DNA of 64,000 nucleotides from Octopus vulgaris. Its lineage: Eukaryota. The stretch lies in the NCBI GenBank assembly GCA_951406725.2, contig OX597842.1, forward strand, positions 26,784,001 through 26,848,000, read 5' to 3'. The position numbers and the translations under genes are program-made. Below, piece after piece: positions 1 to 11,420 of this stretch; the stretch's first letter is position 1; the number at the start of each line of letters is the position of its first letter. The notes under the pieces are model-generated. The model ran no database searches and was not told the origin of the DNA. It saw only the letters and a list, made by a program, of their open reading frames with translations.

Positions 1-999
1 CTGGTATGGGTTGGACAGTTTGACAATGTTTCTACGGCTGGATGCCCTTCCTAACGCCAACCACTCCGTGAGTGTAGTGGGTGTTTTTTGTATGCCACCG
101 ACACAGGTGCCAGACGGGGCTGGCAAATGGCCACGCTCGGATGGTGCTTTTTACATTCCACTGGCACGGAGGCCAGGCGACGCTGGCAACGGCCATATAT
201 ATGATGAGCTTCTTTCAGTTTCCATCTACCAAATCCACTCACAAACCCTTGGTCAGCCTGAGACTATAGTGGAAGACACTTGCCCAAGGTACCACACAGT
301 GGGATTGAACCTGGATCCATGTGGTTGGGAAGCAAGCTTCTTACCACACAGCCATTTTATCATCATTATCATTCTAACATTCACTTTTGTATGCATGGCT
401 GGGTCAGGCCCAATTTGCTGAAGCAGATTTACTATGGCTGGATGCTCTTCCTGCTGCATACCCTCACCCGTTTCCAAGGAAGATAACATTTCTCTATGGC
501 CAGATATGTTGTTTTTTTACTACCCACAAGGGGCTAAACATAGAGGGGACAAACAAGGACAGACAAACGGATTAAGTCGATTACATCGACCCCAGTGCGT
601 AACTGGTACTTAATTTATCGACCCTGAATGGATGAAAGGTAAAGTTGAACTCTCAACGTAACGGCAGACGAAATACCGCTAAGCATTTTGCTGGGCGTGC
701 TAATGTTTTTGCCAGCTCGCCTATGGCCAGATATGGCTTTCTCAGAAGGCTGGAAACAAATAAATTTGCATGTATAATGATGATGGTGATGATGTACTTT
801 TTTAAAACCTCTTGTGATGTCAAGACAAGGGTGCATGCGTGCACATATGCACATTAAGCAGTTGGTGCAAAAAGAGGACGACATGGTAGGGACAAGTTTT
901 AATCCTTCAGCATTGGAACATACCATATCCACCCCTAATATTTGGTTGGTTTTATGTTCAAAATGACCAGATCTGGCCCCTTACATCTACTCTACAACA

Positions 1000-1355
1000 T
1001 CATCATCATCGTTTAACGTCCGCTTTCCATGTTAGCATGGGTTGGACGAATGACTGAGGGCTGGCAAACCAGATGGCTGCACCAGGCTTCAATCTTGATC
1101 TGGCAGAGTTTCTACAGCTGGATGCCCTTCCTAACGCCAACCACTCCGAGAGTGCAGTGGGTGCTTTTTACGTGCCGCCGGCATGGGGCGAGTCAGGCGG
1201 TACTGGCAACGACCTCGCTCAAATCTTTTACACATGTCACCGGCACAGGTGCCATTAAGGCGATGCTGGTAACGATCACGCTCGAATGGTGCCCTTTTAC
1301 GTGCCACCAGCACGGAGGCCAGATAGCCGCTCAGGCAACAATCACGCTCGGATGT
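1000..1355 (-). mobile_element. Non-autonomous RTE-related SINE-like element
   Basis: Family has gtggttggcgttaggaagggcatccagctgtagaaac and a (GAT)n tail. Other copies at about 1-195, 7015-7281, 13215-13472, 16863-17130, 24582-25352, 43470-43800, 52915-53447, 58485-58915. Confidence 0.75.
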
Positions 1356-1814
1356 CATCCTAAAACCATGAACAATCCTTCCAACATTCTAAAACATGAA
1401 CAAAACCTTCCATCAAAGATTTCATTTTCATTTGTTCCAAATAACAGTTTACTAATGAGTTATTTTATTTAATTGTTCGTTATTTTCAAAATTAATTGAA
1501 ACAAAGACTGTATCCTGTAAGAGAAATTTGGTAATGAAAGGGTTAAATTAATCTAAATTACACTCTTCCATTAAAATTTTATGTTGATACATGTTCCAGA
1601 CATCTGCTTTACTAAATTCTTCATTAATTTTGAAATTAATTGAAATGAAAACTGTGTACTTCAACAGAAATATGGTAACAAAAGGGTTTAAGTGTCAAAG
1701 TGATGTAAAATCGATTAATTTATTACATATCCAAATGAAGTCAATTACAGTTGATTGCATAAGATTTATTCTGATTTCATTTAATTGCATTACCATAATT
1801 GATGGCCTATAAGA

Positions 1815-2172
1815 CGCACTCTCTTTTACTCTTTTACTTGTTTCAGTCATTTGACTGCGGCCATGCTGGAGCACCACCTTTTAGTACTTATTCTATCGGT
1901 CTCTTTTTGCCGAACCGCTAAGTGACGGGGACCTAAACACACCAGCATCGGTTGTCAAGCAATGCTAGGGGGACAAACACACACGCATACATATATATAT
2001 ACATATATACGACAGGCTTCTTTCAGTTTCCGTCTACCAAATCCACTCACAAGGCATTGGTCGGCCCGGGGCTATAGCAGAAGTCACTTGCCCAAGATGC
2101 CACGCAGTGGGACTGAACCCGCAACCGTGTGGTTGGTTAGCAAGCTACTTACCACACAGCCACTCCTGCGCC
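1815..2172 (-). mobile_element. tRNA-derived SINE with CORE-like segment
   Basis: A box tggctgtgtgg, B box ggttcagtccc, then cttgggcaagt and an internal (AT/GT) microsatellite. Copies at about 12383-12770, 32010-32410, 32435-32832, 40765-41170, 57520-57797. Confidence 0.8.
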
Positions 2173-2431
2173 TTTTTTTTAAAATCCCAAAATGGCTTTA
2201 AAAATCCCCCTGCGTCCAATGCATTCACTGTAGGCTCAGAACTCACTGAAAACAGTATGTATGTTTACAAAACATGTGCTGCCATCTATTGGTGAACAAT
2301 TGCCTAGGGTATGTTTATATCAAATGTGGATGCAATAAATTGCTTATAATTACTGTTAATAACATTAATTTATATGGGTGAGTGGAGGAATTAAAACATT
2401 TTAGTGGTAATTTATTTTTAAAAAAAGTATA

Positions 2432-3745
2432 TATTTCTTTATTACCCACAAGGGGCTAAACACAGAGGGGACAAACAAGGACAGACAGAGAGATTAAGTT
2501 GATTATATCGACCCCAGTGCGTAACTGGTACTTAATTTATCAACCCTGAGAGGATGAAAGGCAAAGTCGACCTCGGCGGAATTTGAACTGAGAACGTATC
2601 AGCAGACGAAATACCTATTTCTTTACTACCCACAAGGGGCTAAACATAGAGGGGACAAACAAGGACAGACATAGGTATTAAGTCGATTATATCGACCCCC
2701 AGTGTGTAACTGGTACTTATTTAATCGACCCTGAAAGGATGAAAGGCAAAGTCGACCTCGGCGGAATTTGAACTCACAACGTAACGGCAGCCGAAATACC
2801 TATTTCTTTATTACCCACAAGGGGCTAAACATAGAGGGGACAAACAAGGACAGACATAGGTATTAAGTCGATTATATCGACCCCAGTGCGTAACTGGTAC
2901 TTAATTTATCAACCCTGAGAGGATGAAAGGCAAAGTCGACCTAGGCGGAATTTGAACTGAGAACGTATCAGCAGACAAAATACCTATTTCTTTACTACCC
3001 ACAAGGGGCTAAACATAGAGGGGACAAACAAGGACAGACATAGGTATTAAGTTGATTATATCGACCCCCAGTGTGTAACTGGTACTTATTTAATCGACCC
3101 CGAAAGGATGAAAGGCTAAGTCGACCTCGGCGGAATTTGAACTCAGAATGTAACGGTAGCCGAAATACCTATTTCTTTATTACCCACAAGGGGCTAAACA
3201 TAGAGGGGACAAACAAGGACAGACATAGGTATTAAGTCGATTATATCGACCCCAGTGCGTAACTGGTACTTATTTAATCGACCCCGAAAGGATGAAAGGC
3301 AAAGTCGACCTAGGCGGAATTTGAACTGAGAACGTATCAGCAGACGAAATACCTATTTCTTTACTACCCACAAGGGTTAAACATAGAGGGGACAAACAAG
3401 GACAGACATAGGTATTAAGTCGATTATATCGACCCCCAGTGTGTAACTGGTACTTATTTAATCGACCCCGAAAGGATGAAAGGCAAAGTCGACCTCGGCG
3501 GAATTTGAACTCAGAACGTAACGGCAGACGAAATACCTATTCTTTACTACCCACAAGGGGCTAAACACAGAGGGATTAAGTCGTTTACATTGACCCCAGT
3601 GCGTAACTGCGACTTAATTTATTAACCCCGAGAGGATGAAAGGCAAAGTCAACCTTGGCTGAATTAGAACTCAGAATGTAACGGCAGACGAAATACCACG
3701 AAGCATTTCGTCCGGTGTGCTAACATTTCTGCCAGCTCGCCACCT
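2432..3745 (-). repeat. SINE with about 7 tandem 184/185-bp body units
   Basis: Unit starts at 2432, 2616, 2801, 2985, 3170, 3354, 3538. A single SINE head (ggcgagctggcagaaatgttagcac on minus) lies at the right end. Confidence 0.9.
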
Positions 3746-4204
3746 TTTATTTAAAAAAAGGAATAGCTTCGGCATGGGTGCGTCCTATGCACTCGCGCAT
3801 CTTATTAGGTCATCAAATATGGTAATTATCCTAATTAAAAAAAGGGAAAAGAACATTGCAAACTGTAACTTAAAATTGAATATATATCTGATATAACTAT
3901 TGCAAAGGCTTTCATTTTCATGAAAAATGTAAATAAAGTCTCCAGCCAAGCCTTTTGCGATACCCTCAAAACCAGGAACTTTTCCACAGCCCCTTTGTGT
4001 GTGAATCATATAAATTTAATACTTACTGAGTATTAATGGAAACCACTGTAAAAGATGATGATTGCTTTTAATAATAAATCACCATTTTCTTTATCTCTTT
4101 TCTGTCTATCTCTCTCTTCCTCTCTCTCTCTTGTCCCTCCTTTCTGTTTTTCTCTCCCACCCTTTCCCTATTCTTCTCCTCTCCCCTTCACCCTTCCCTC
4201 TCTG

Positions 4205-5030
4205 TGTTGAATTGTGGTCCTTCAGATGTCAAATTTGGATTGTGGTTTTTTTAATGTTCAGCATGAATTATGGCCCTTAAATTTCCTGTAACAAATTGTG
4301 CCGAAAACAATTTGTTGTCCTTTGATATGAAACACAAATTATGATCCTTTAATTTCGTATAAAACTCCTGGACCTTCAATGTTAAATAGAAAGAATGAGC
4401 CTTTAATATCAAATGTGGACTGTGACCCTTTAATGGGTAGTATGATTTGTGGCCCTTAAATGTCTGCTATCAATTGTGGTCCTTTAATGTGGTTCTTTAA
4501 TTGAAAATAAGACTTCTAGTCCTTTATCAAATACAATACTGCTTGTTTAATGTTAGTATGAATTGTGGCCCCTAAATGTCCTGTACCAATTGTGGTCCTT
4601 TATCAAACACAATACTGCTTGTTTAATGTTAGTATGAATTGTGGTCCTTCAATGTTAAATATGGATTGCAGCCTTTTAATGTCCAGTATAAATTGTGGCC
4701 ATTGAATGTCCAGTATGAATTGTGATCCTTTAACTTTGAATAAGACTTTTAATCCTTTAGTGTCAAATACAAATAGTGGTCCTATAATTTCACGAATTGT
4801 GCTCCTTTATTGTCAAATATGGGTTGTGGCTATTTAATGTCCAGTATGAATTCTGACCCTTAAATGTCCATATAAATTGTGGTCCTTGAATGCCAAATGC
4901 GATTTATCCTTTATTGTGAAATACAAATTGTGATCCTTTAATTTAAATAAGACTTCTGGTCCTTTAATGTCCAGTATGAATTGTGGTCTTTTACTGTCAA
5001 GTATAAATTATGGTCCTTTAATAACAAATG
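4205..5030. repeat. Degenerate ~30-bp minisatellite
   Basis: Recurrent tgtggtcctttaatgtccagtatgaat-like motif. Confidence 0.7.
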
Positions 5031-5229
5031 CGCAATTAGCAATGTTAAAATATGTACCAGGTTAAAATCAGTGCTAGGGTTGGTACAACTGACTAAAACT
5101 TCTGCAGACAGTGCTCCAGTATGTCCGCGCCCAATGATTGAAAGCAGTAAAAGACTAGACAGAGAGCCAGATATCTCTGATTCCATGTGTTGTGAGTAGC
5201 CCTTACATACATTCTCTTTCAATTTCTAG

Positions 5230-5409
5230 CCAAAGAGCCAAACAGCAAACCCGCGGAGCGGGGGCCAAGTGGGAGTAGCAGTGGAAACAGAAGGGAACCC
5301 AGCCGGTATGTCTCCCGCAACTCTCGCACCAGTCAGTCTTCGCCGCAGCAGGGACCTCCTGGTCCTCCAGGACCTCCCCCCTCTGGACCACCACCACCAC
5401 CATACAATG
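5230..5409 (+). CDS. CPSF6: CPSF6/CFIm68-like internal coding exon 1 in window (post-RRM linker, start of Pro-rich region)
   Basis: Acceptor ctctttcaatttctag, donor G|gtaaga. 180 nt, phase 1-1, reads KEPNSKPAERGPSGSSSGNRREPSRYVSRNSRTSQSSPQQGPPGPPGPPPSGPPPPPYN. Phase fits the exon at 15232. Confidence 0.75.
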
Positions 5410-5809
5410 GTAAGATTTTTCATTGAAGTTCTTTTAACCGACCCACCTCGTCCCACCCCTGCTGCCCTTGACTCTGCGCCTTTTTTTTTTTTTTATGTTT
5501 CTAAATGGAGTGGTGTGGCCCTTCATGTGTTTCCGGACTGCAGGAGTGAAACTAATCAATCTCCCATTGCTGCCACTTGTCCTCCTCTTCTTCCTCTCTT
5601 TCCTCTTCTCTTTCTGGCCCCGCATTTCACTTTCACCTTGTTTTCCACTATACTGACTGCAAAGATAAACTTCAGACAATAACCTTGCCTCCCCATGTTC
5701 CCTTATTTGGTGTGCATTTGAGGGTTAAATAGAGGGGACAAATGATGGGACAGGGTGGGTATAATTTATATACATATTGGGGACATCTGTCTGCAGTTTT
5801 AGCTGACTT

Positions 5810-6425
5810 TAAGGAGCATATCAACCACTTCAGGGAACATATTGGTTGCTTAAAGAGCTAGCTGCTTTAGGGCTGTACTTGTTGCATTAGGGGATGTTGC
5901 AGCTGTTTTAGGGAACATACTGGCTGTTTTAGGGATTGTATCAGGTGGTTCAGAGGTTTCCCGACCCTCTCGAGCAAGGGGAACATACTGGCTGTTTTAG
6001 GGATTGTATCAGCTGATTTAAGGAACACACCAACTGGTCTAGGAGATGTACTGGCTGCTTGAGGGAACATACTGGCTGTTCTAGGGGTCGTATCAGCTGC
6101 TTTAAGGAACATACCAACTGGTCTAGGGGACATACTGGCTGTTCTAGGGGTTGTATCAGCTGCTTTAGGGAACACACCAACTGGTCTAGGGGACATACTG
6201 GCTGCTTGAGGGGAATATACTTACTGTTCTAGGGGTCATATCAGCTGCTTTAGGGAACATACCAACTGGTCTAGGGGACACACCGGCTGCTTTAAGGAAC
6301 ATTCCAACTGCATTAAGTGTTGTGCCAACTATGTTTGGGTTCATAGAGGATAATTTTGATGTATTGGCTGTTTTAGGGGACATACTGGCAATATTAATGA
6401 ATGCATTGGCCATTGTAGGGAACAA
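5810..6425. repeat. Minisatellite with ~21-bp base period
   Basis: Recurrent gggaacatactggctgtt / gtatcagctgctttaa / caccaactggtctagg subunits. Confidence 0.8.
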
Positions 6426-8852
6426 CAAAATTTGTGAATTAAATTTTAACCCTTTTATTACCATATTTCTATTGAAGTACATGGTTTTTGTTTCAATTAA
6501 TTTTGAAAATAACGAACTTAGGAAAATAATTTTTCTTATAATAAAGTAACCTGACAATTGGAATGTTAATTAACATGGAATTTTGATGAAAGGTTTTAAC
6601 TTAGATCACTTTTACAAAAAAAAATAAGGGGGGACTTTGTATCATCGAACCATGACTGATCTCAGGCAGGTTAATATTGAAAGGGTCAAAAATGCAATGA
6701 ATAGATTATTGGAACTGCTGATGGTATTCTTCATAAATGACATTGATGAAATAGCAGCCAAAGCTTCTTCAAATCATACTGTACTTAGTTAAGCCATTCG
6801 CACCATGTAGAACTTTGACCATCGTCAACTTTACTGTTCTTGACCCTGGGTTGTCTTTTCTGCTCATCTCAGTTGGATTGTCTTGAATTAGTGTCAGGGC
6901 CACAACCTCAGTAAGGGCATCGGTCACCTGTCCTGAAGGAAGATCTTTCCTAGGTCTCGTTGGTTTTTAAATTTTCGTCAAGTCCTTCCGTAATTTCAAT
7001 TTATTTTTTTACCATCAGCCTCGCCTGGCCCCCGTGCCGGTGGCACATAAAATGCACCATCCGACCATGGCCGTTTGCCAGCCCCGTCTGGCACCTGTGC
7101 CGGTGGCACGTAAAAAGCACCCACTACACTCACGGAGTGGTTGGCATTAGGAAGGGCATCCAGCCGTAGAAACATTGCCAGATCAGACTGGAGCCTGGTG
7201 CAGCCTTCTGGCTTCCCAGATCCCCTGTCGAACCGTCCAACCCATGCTAGCATGGAAAGCAGACGCTAAACAATGATGATGAGTCGATGTCATTTATGTA
7301 AATGCATTTTCCTTGTGGGAAGAAGTAGTCCATATTAGCCTGGCCCCTATCTTTTGACCTGTCCTGCATGGGAGGTCTTAGAAGCTTGTGCTCCTCTAAC
7401 ATAGTCCTCAGGGTCACACAAACCACCACACTAAAGACTGGGCCTTGTTGTAATAAAATCATACCCTAATGTCTTTAACCCTTTAGCATTTAATTCAATC
7501 ATATCCAGCCTAAACAGTCTATATGTTTTCTGTTAAAACTGACCAGATTCAACTTCTCACACCTACCCGGTAATGTCATCCTAAAAATAAACACACACAC
7601 CATTGGGATCTTGAAGTTATAAGATAACGTGCGATTATTTCAAAACAGTGTGAATAAATTGGTTAAATAACATTTCAACAAAGAAATCCGAATGCTAAAG
7701 GGTCAAAAGAAAAAAAATTAATATTTTAAATGCCCACATCTCATTCACTTTCTCATACAATCTTACAAATCACCCACCCTCTTCTACTCAGCTGGTACCC
7801 TGTGGGGCCTCCTGGGTGCTTTATTGCTATTATCTGTGTCTTGCAGCTCCTTCCGATCATTTTCTCCCCCCCTCCCCTACCTTGTACTGGATGTGAGTGG
7901 CCATGCTGATCCCTCTTCAGGAACCTGCCCTGCTCCTCCCCGCTTTCTCTCTTGTAGTAATCTCCTCATCGTTTAGCATGATGCTGACACACCTTCCCCC
8001 CACCGGGGCTTGTGGTCCTGTGAACTGCATGGCGACCTCAATAGTGCAGGTGCCATGCAGAAAAAGCACCCAGTCCCTGCTGTAAAAGTGGTTGGAATTC
8101 GGAAAGGCATCTGGCCATAGAAGCTCTGCCAAAGGGGACACTGGAGCATGGTGCAATCCTTGGACCCAACCACTCTTGTCATGCCAGCATTGAACATGGA
8201 TGTATGATGACGATGATACCAGTTATGCACTGGGGTCGATGTAATCGACTTAATCCGTTTGTCTGTCCTTGTTTGTCCCCTCTATGTTTAGCCCCTTGTG
8301 GGTAATAAAGAAACAGATGATGTATCACCCCTTGTTTTTATGTCCCTTTAGAATGTCGGTTCCTTCTCCAGTTCTCCTCTAATATCATCTGCAACACTCT
8401 TTTCACACTCTTGTGGTTTCACCTGTCCACCAATCCTTTGTTTCTCTGTCCTTATTCTCTATCTTGTGCTCACCTTGTACGCTGAAGGTGCACCCTCACC
8501 ATATCTCTCTCTAGCTGAGGTAACGATAAATCTCTTCTACAGTAAGACATCTGTCCTTATCCCTCTATCATAATATGAACCCTCAACGCCATGCATACAG
8601 CCACCCATCCTTATATAATATGGAGTAGCCATGTATCTCCTCTACAGCAGAATACCTGTTCCTATCTCTCCATTTACGTTCTGAGTTCAAATTCTGCTGG
8701 GGTTGACTTTCGTCCCTTTGTTGCCAATAAAATAAGTTCCAATAGAACACTGGGGTCGATGTAATTGACTAATCTTTTCCCCTCAGATTTCGGGCCTTGT
8801 GCCTATAGTAGAAAAGATTATTATTATTAGTAGTAGTAGTAGTAGTAGTAAT

Positions 8853-9254
8853 AGGACGGCAAGCTGGCAGAAATGTTAGCACGCCGGGCGAAATGCTTAG
8901 CGGTATATTTCGTCTGCCGCTACGTTGTGAGTTCAAATTCCGCCAAGGTCGACTTTGCCTTTCATCCTTTCGGCGTCGATAAATTAAGTACCAGTTACGT
9001 ACTGGGGTCGATGTAATCAACTTAATACCTATGTCTGTCCTTGTTTGTCCCCTCTGTCTTTTAGCCCCTTGTGGGTAATAAAGAAATAGGTATTTTGTCT
9101 CTCCTTAGGTTCTGAGTTTAAATTCCATCGAGTTTCACTTTGCCTTTCATCCTTTCGGGGTTGATAAATTTAGTACCAATGAAAGACTGGGGGTCGATGT
9201 AATTGACTAGCACCCTACCCCTAAATTTCAGGCCTTCTGCTTTTAGTAGAAAGG

Positions 9255-9260
<6 letters not shown>
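8853..9260 (+). mobile_element. tRNA-derived SINE with gcctttcatcctttcggggtcgataaa central domain, two body units
   Basis: Same family as 2432-3745. Further copies at about 13500-14150, 24060-24280, 27120-27348, 41858-42260, 44178-44767, 53465-53890. Confidence 0.8.
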
Positions 9261-9286
<26 letters not shown>

Positions 9287-9509
9287 GGTGGTGAGCTGTC
9301 AGAATCATTAGCACGCCAAACGAAATACTTAGCGGTATTTCGCCCATCGCTATGATTCTGAGTTCAAATTCAGCCAAGGTCAATTTTTACCTTTCTTTAT
9401 GATGGGTTCGATAAAATAAGTTCTGAGTTCAATTTTACCAAGGTTGACTTTACCTTTCATCCTTTCGGGGTCGATGAAATAAGTACCAGTTGAATGCTGG
9501 GGGGTGGAT

Positions 9510-9860
9510 AGTTAAGTTAAGCTAAGTTAATTTTTTGGCTCAAAAAGCAAAAAGCAAGGCCATGTAGGGGGACATGGAGTTATGTACAGGGAGGGTGGTC
9601 ATGCAAAGAGTTCAGGCCATTTCTGGTCAAGAGAGACTTTGAACCGAGCGGTCGTCGGCATCTTCACCATCTCGTCCGGCAGCTCATTCCACGGATCCGC
9701 AACCCGGACGGAGAAAGCCCCTCTCCTTCGATTGAGATGAAATCGTCGCAGATAGAGCTTTTCGGAGTGACCCCCGCAGCCGACGCCCTGGAGCAGGAGT
9801 GAAGAACAGCTCTTCCGAGAGGTTACACTTTCCGCTTATGATGTTGTGAGCAAGAGTGAT
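9510..9860 (-). mobile_element. CR1-clade LINE 3' fragment
   Basis: Minus-strand ORF2 C-terminus-like sequence (the 33213-33435 copy reads RRGAFSVRVADPWNKLPDKIVKMPTTPRFKVSLDHKWPELF) with a TAAC-like tail. Another copy at 58143-58272 (+). Confidence 0.75.
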
Positions 9861-9961
9861 GCTGACACACCTTCCCCCCGGGGGCTTCGTCGTTTTTCTA
9901 GAGAATAATCGACTTATCCCCTCCTCCAATATATAGCTGCCCTTGTAGCAAAACTTGAAAC

Positions 9962-9993
<32 letters not shown>

Positions 9994-10424
9994 GTCAAAT
10001 TCCACCAATGTTGACTTCGCTTTGTATCCTTTTGGGGTTGATAAGTTCCAGTTGAGCCCCAGGGCCGATGTAATTGACTAACAGCTTTCTACTAAAATTG
10101 CTGGCTTTGTGCCAAAAATTGAACCTTTTATTATTATTATTATTATTATTATTTGCTTTATAAGGAATATGTTACGCTCTCTTTCTCTCGTCTTGGTATA
10201 AAATTGTTATGTTAAATACTATTACTACTACTAATAATAATAATAATTTCACACATTGTTATTACTGGTAGTATCGTTAATATTTTATAACCTATCTATT
10301 ACATAATTGTTAAGGTATAACATAAAAGTATTATAAAATGTATTTAGTGAATAATAATAATAACAACAATAATAATAATAATAATACCAAAAAAAAATAT
10401 GTGATATTTGTTCCTGTCTTGCAG

Positions 10425-10466
10425 CGTTCAAACATTTGAAGAGAGCGTACACTACCTTTAGGCTCA
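10425..10466 (+). CDS. Candidate 42-nt cassette exon of the CPSF6-like gene
   Basis: Acceptor ttgttcctgtcttgcag, donor A|gtaagt. Phase 1-1 and open (AFKHLKRAYTTFRL). No recognisable homology. Confidence 0.3.
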
Positions 10467-10567
10467 GTAAGTTTAACCGATTACAGGGGTGTATAAAATT
10501 TGAATTTTCATATTTTTAAAGCATTTAAAAAAAAAAAATACACGCATATATATATATATATGTATAT

Positions 10568-10606
<39 letters not shown>

Positions 10607-10824
10607 ATTTGTTAATGTTTACCTAATTAATTTTTGATTGTCCTAATTGAATAAAAACCTATGTATTAACAACCATGTCACAACATTGAAACGAAATGTT
10701 TCTTCTACACCCGCCCTCCTCTTTTCTAGCTGCTGGCCATTCTGTCTTTTTAATTTAACGAGAGAATGTCCTACATAATGGCTAGTCACTTCTTCAGCAG
10801 TTAACGAGGAGAGCTTTTTTAAAT

Positions 10825-11420
10825 AATTGTTCAACCTACAAGAAATATTGGCCAAGTGTCCCTCGGATCATACACTACAATTGATAAAAAAATCATTCAA
10901 TTTGCAAGAAGCAACAGCCAAATAATGTACCTCAAGCCATACTCTACAGTTGATAGAAAAATTGTTCCACCTACAAGAAATAGCAGCCAAGTCTCCCTCG
11001 AATCGTACCTTACAGTTGATAGAAAAATCATTCAATCTGCAAGAAATAGCAGCCAAATGTCCCTCAAGCCATACTCTACAGTTGATAGAAAAATTGTTCC
11101 ACCTACGAGAAATAGCAGCCAAGTCTCTCTCGAATCATACCTTACAGTTGATAGAAAAATCATTCAATCTGCAAGAAATAGCAGCCAAATGCCCCTCAAA
11201 TCATACCCTACAAGAAACAGCCAAATGCCACTCAAATCATACCCTACCCGGTTAACCTACAAAAAACAGCAGCCAAATGTCATTGAAATTGTACTCTACC
11301 ATTAATAGCACTACCTACAAGAAACAGCAGCCAAACGTTCCTCAGATCACATCTACCTTCAATAACAAAGTTGTTCAACCTACGAGAAATAGCAGCCAAT
11401 GCCCCTAAAATTACACCATA
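10825..11420. repeat. Tandem ~62-bp repeat with dimeric alternation
   Basis: Recurrent caagaaatagcagccaa...tacagttgatagaaaa. Explains the repetitive ORFs at 10856-11305. Confidence 0.85.

Noticed and set aside
7847-7892. Possible exon between ttgcag and gtgagt
   Set aside because: 46 nt, breaks the frame, and lies in decayed repeat-like sequence.
10856-11305. 149-aa ORF with internal repeats
   Set aside because: Reflects a ~62-bp tandem repeat; open in several frames and not spliceable into the gene.
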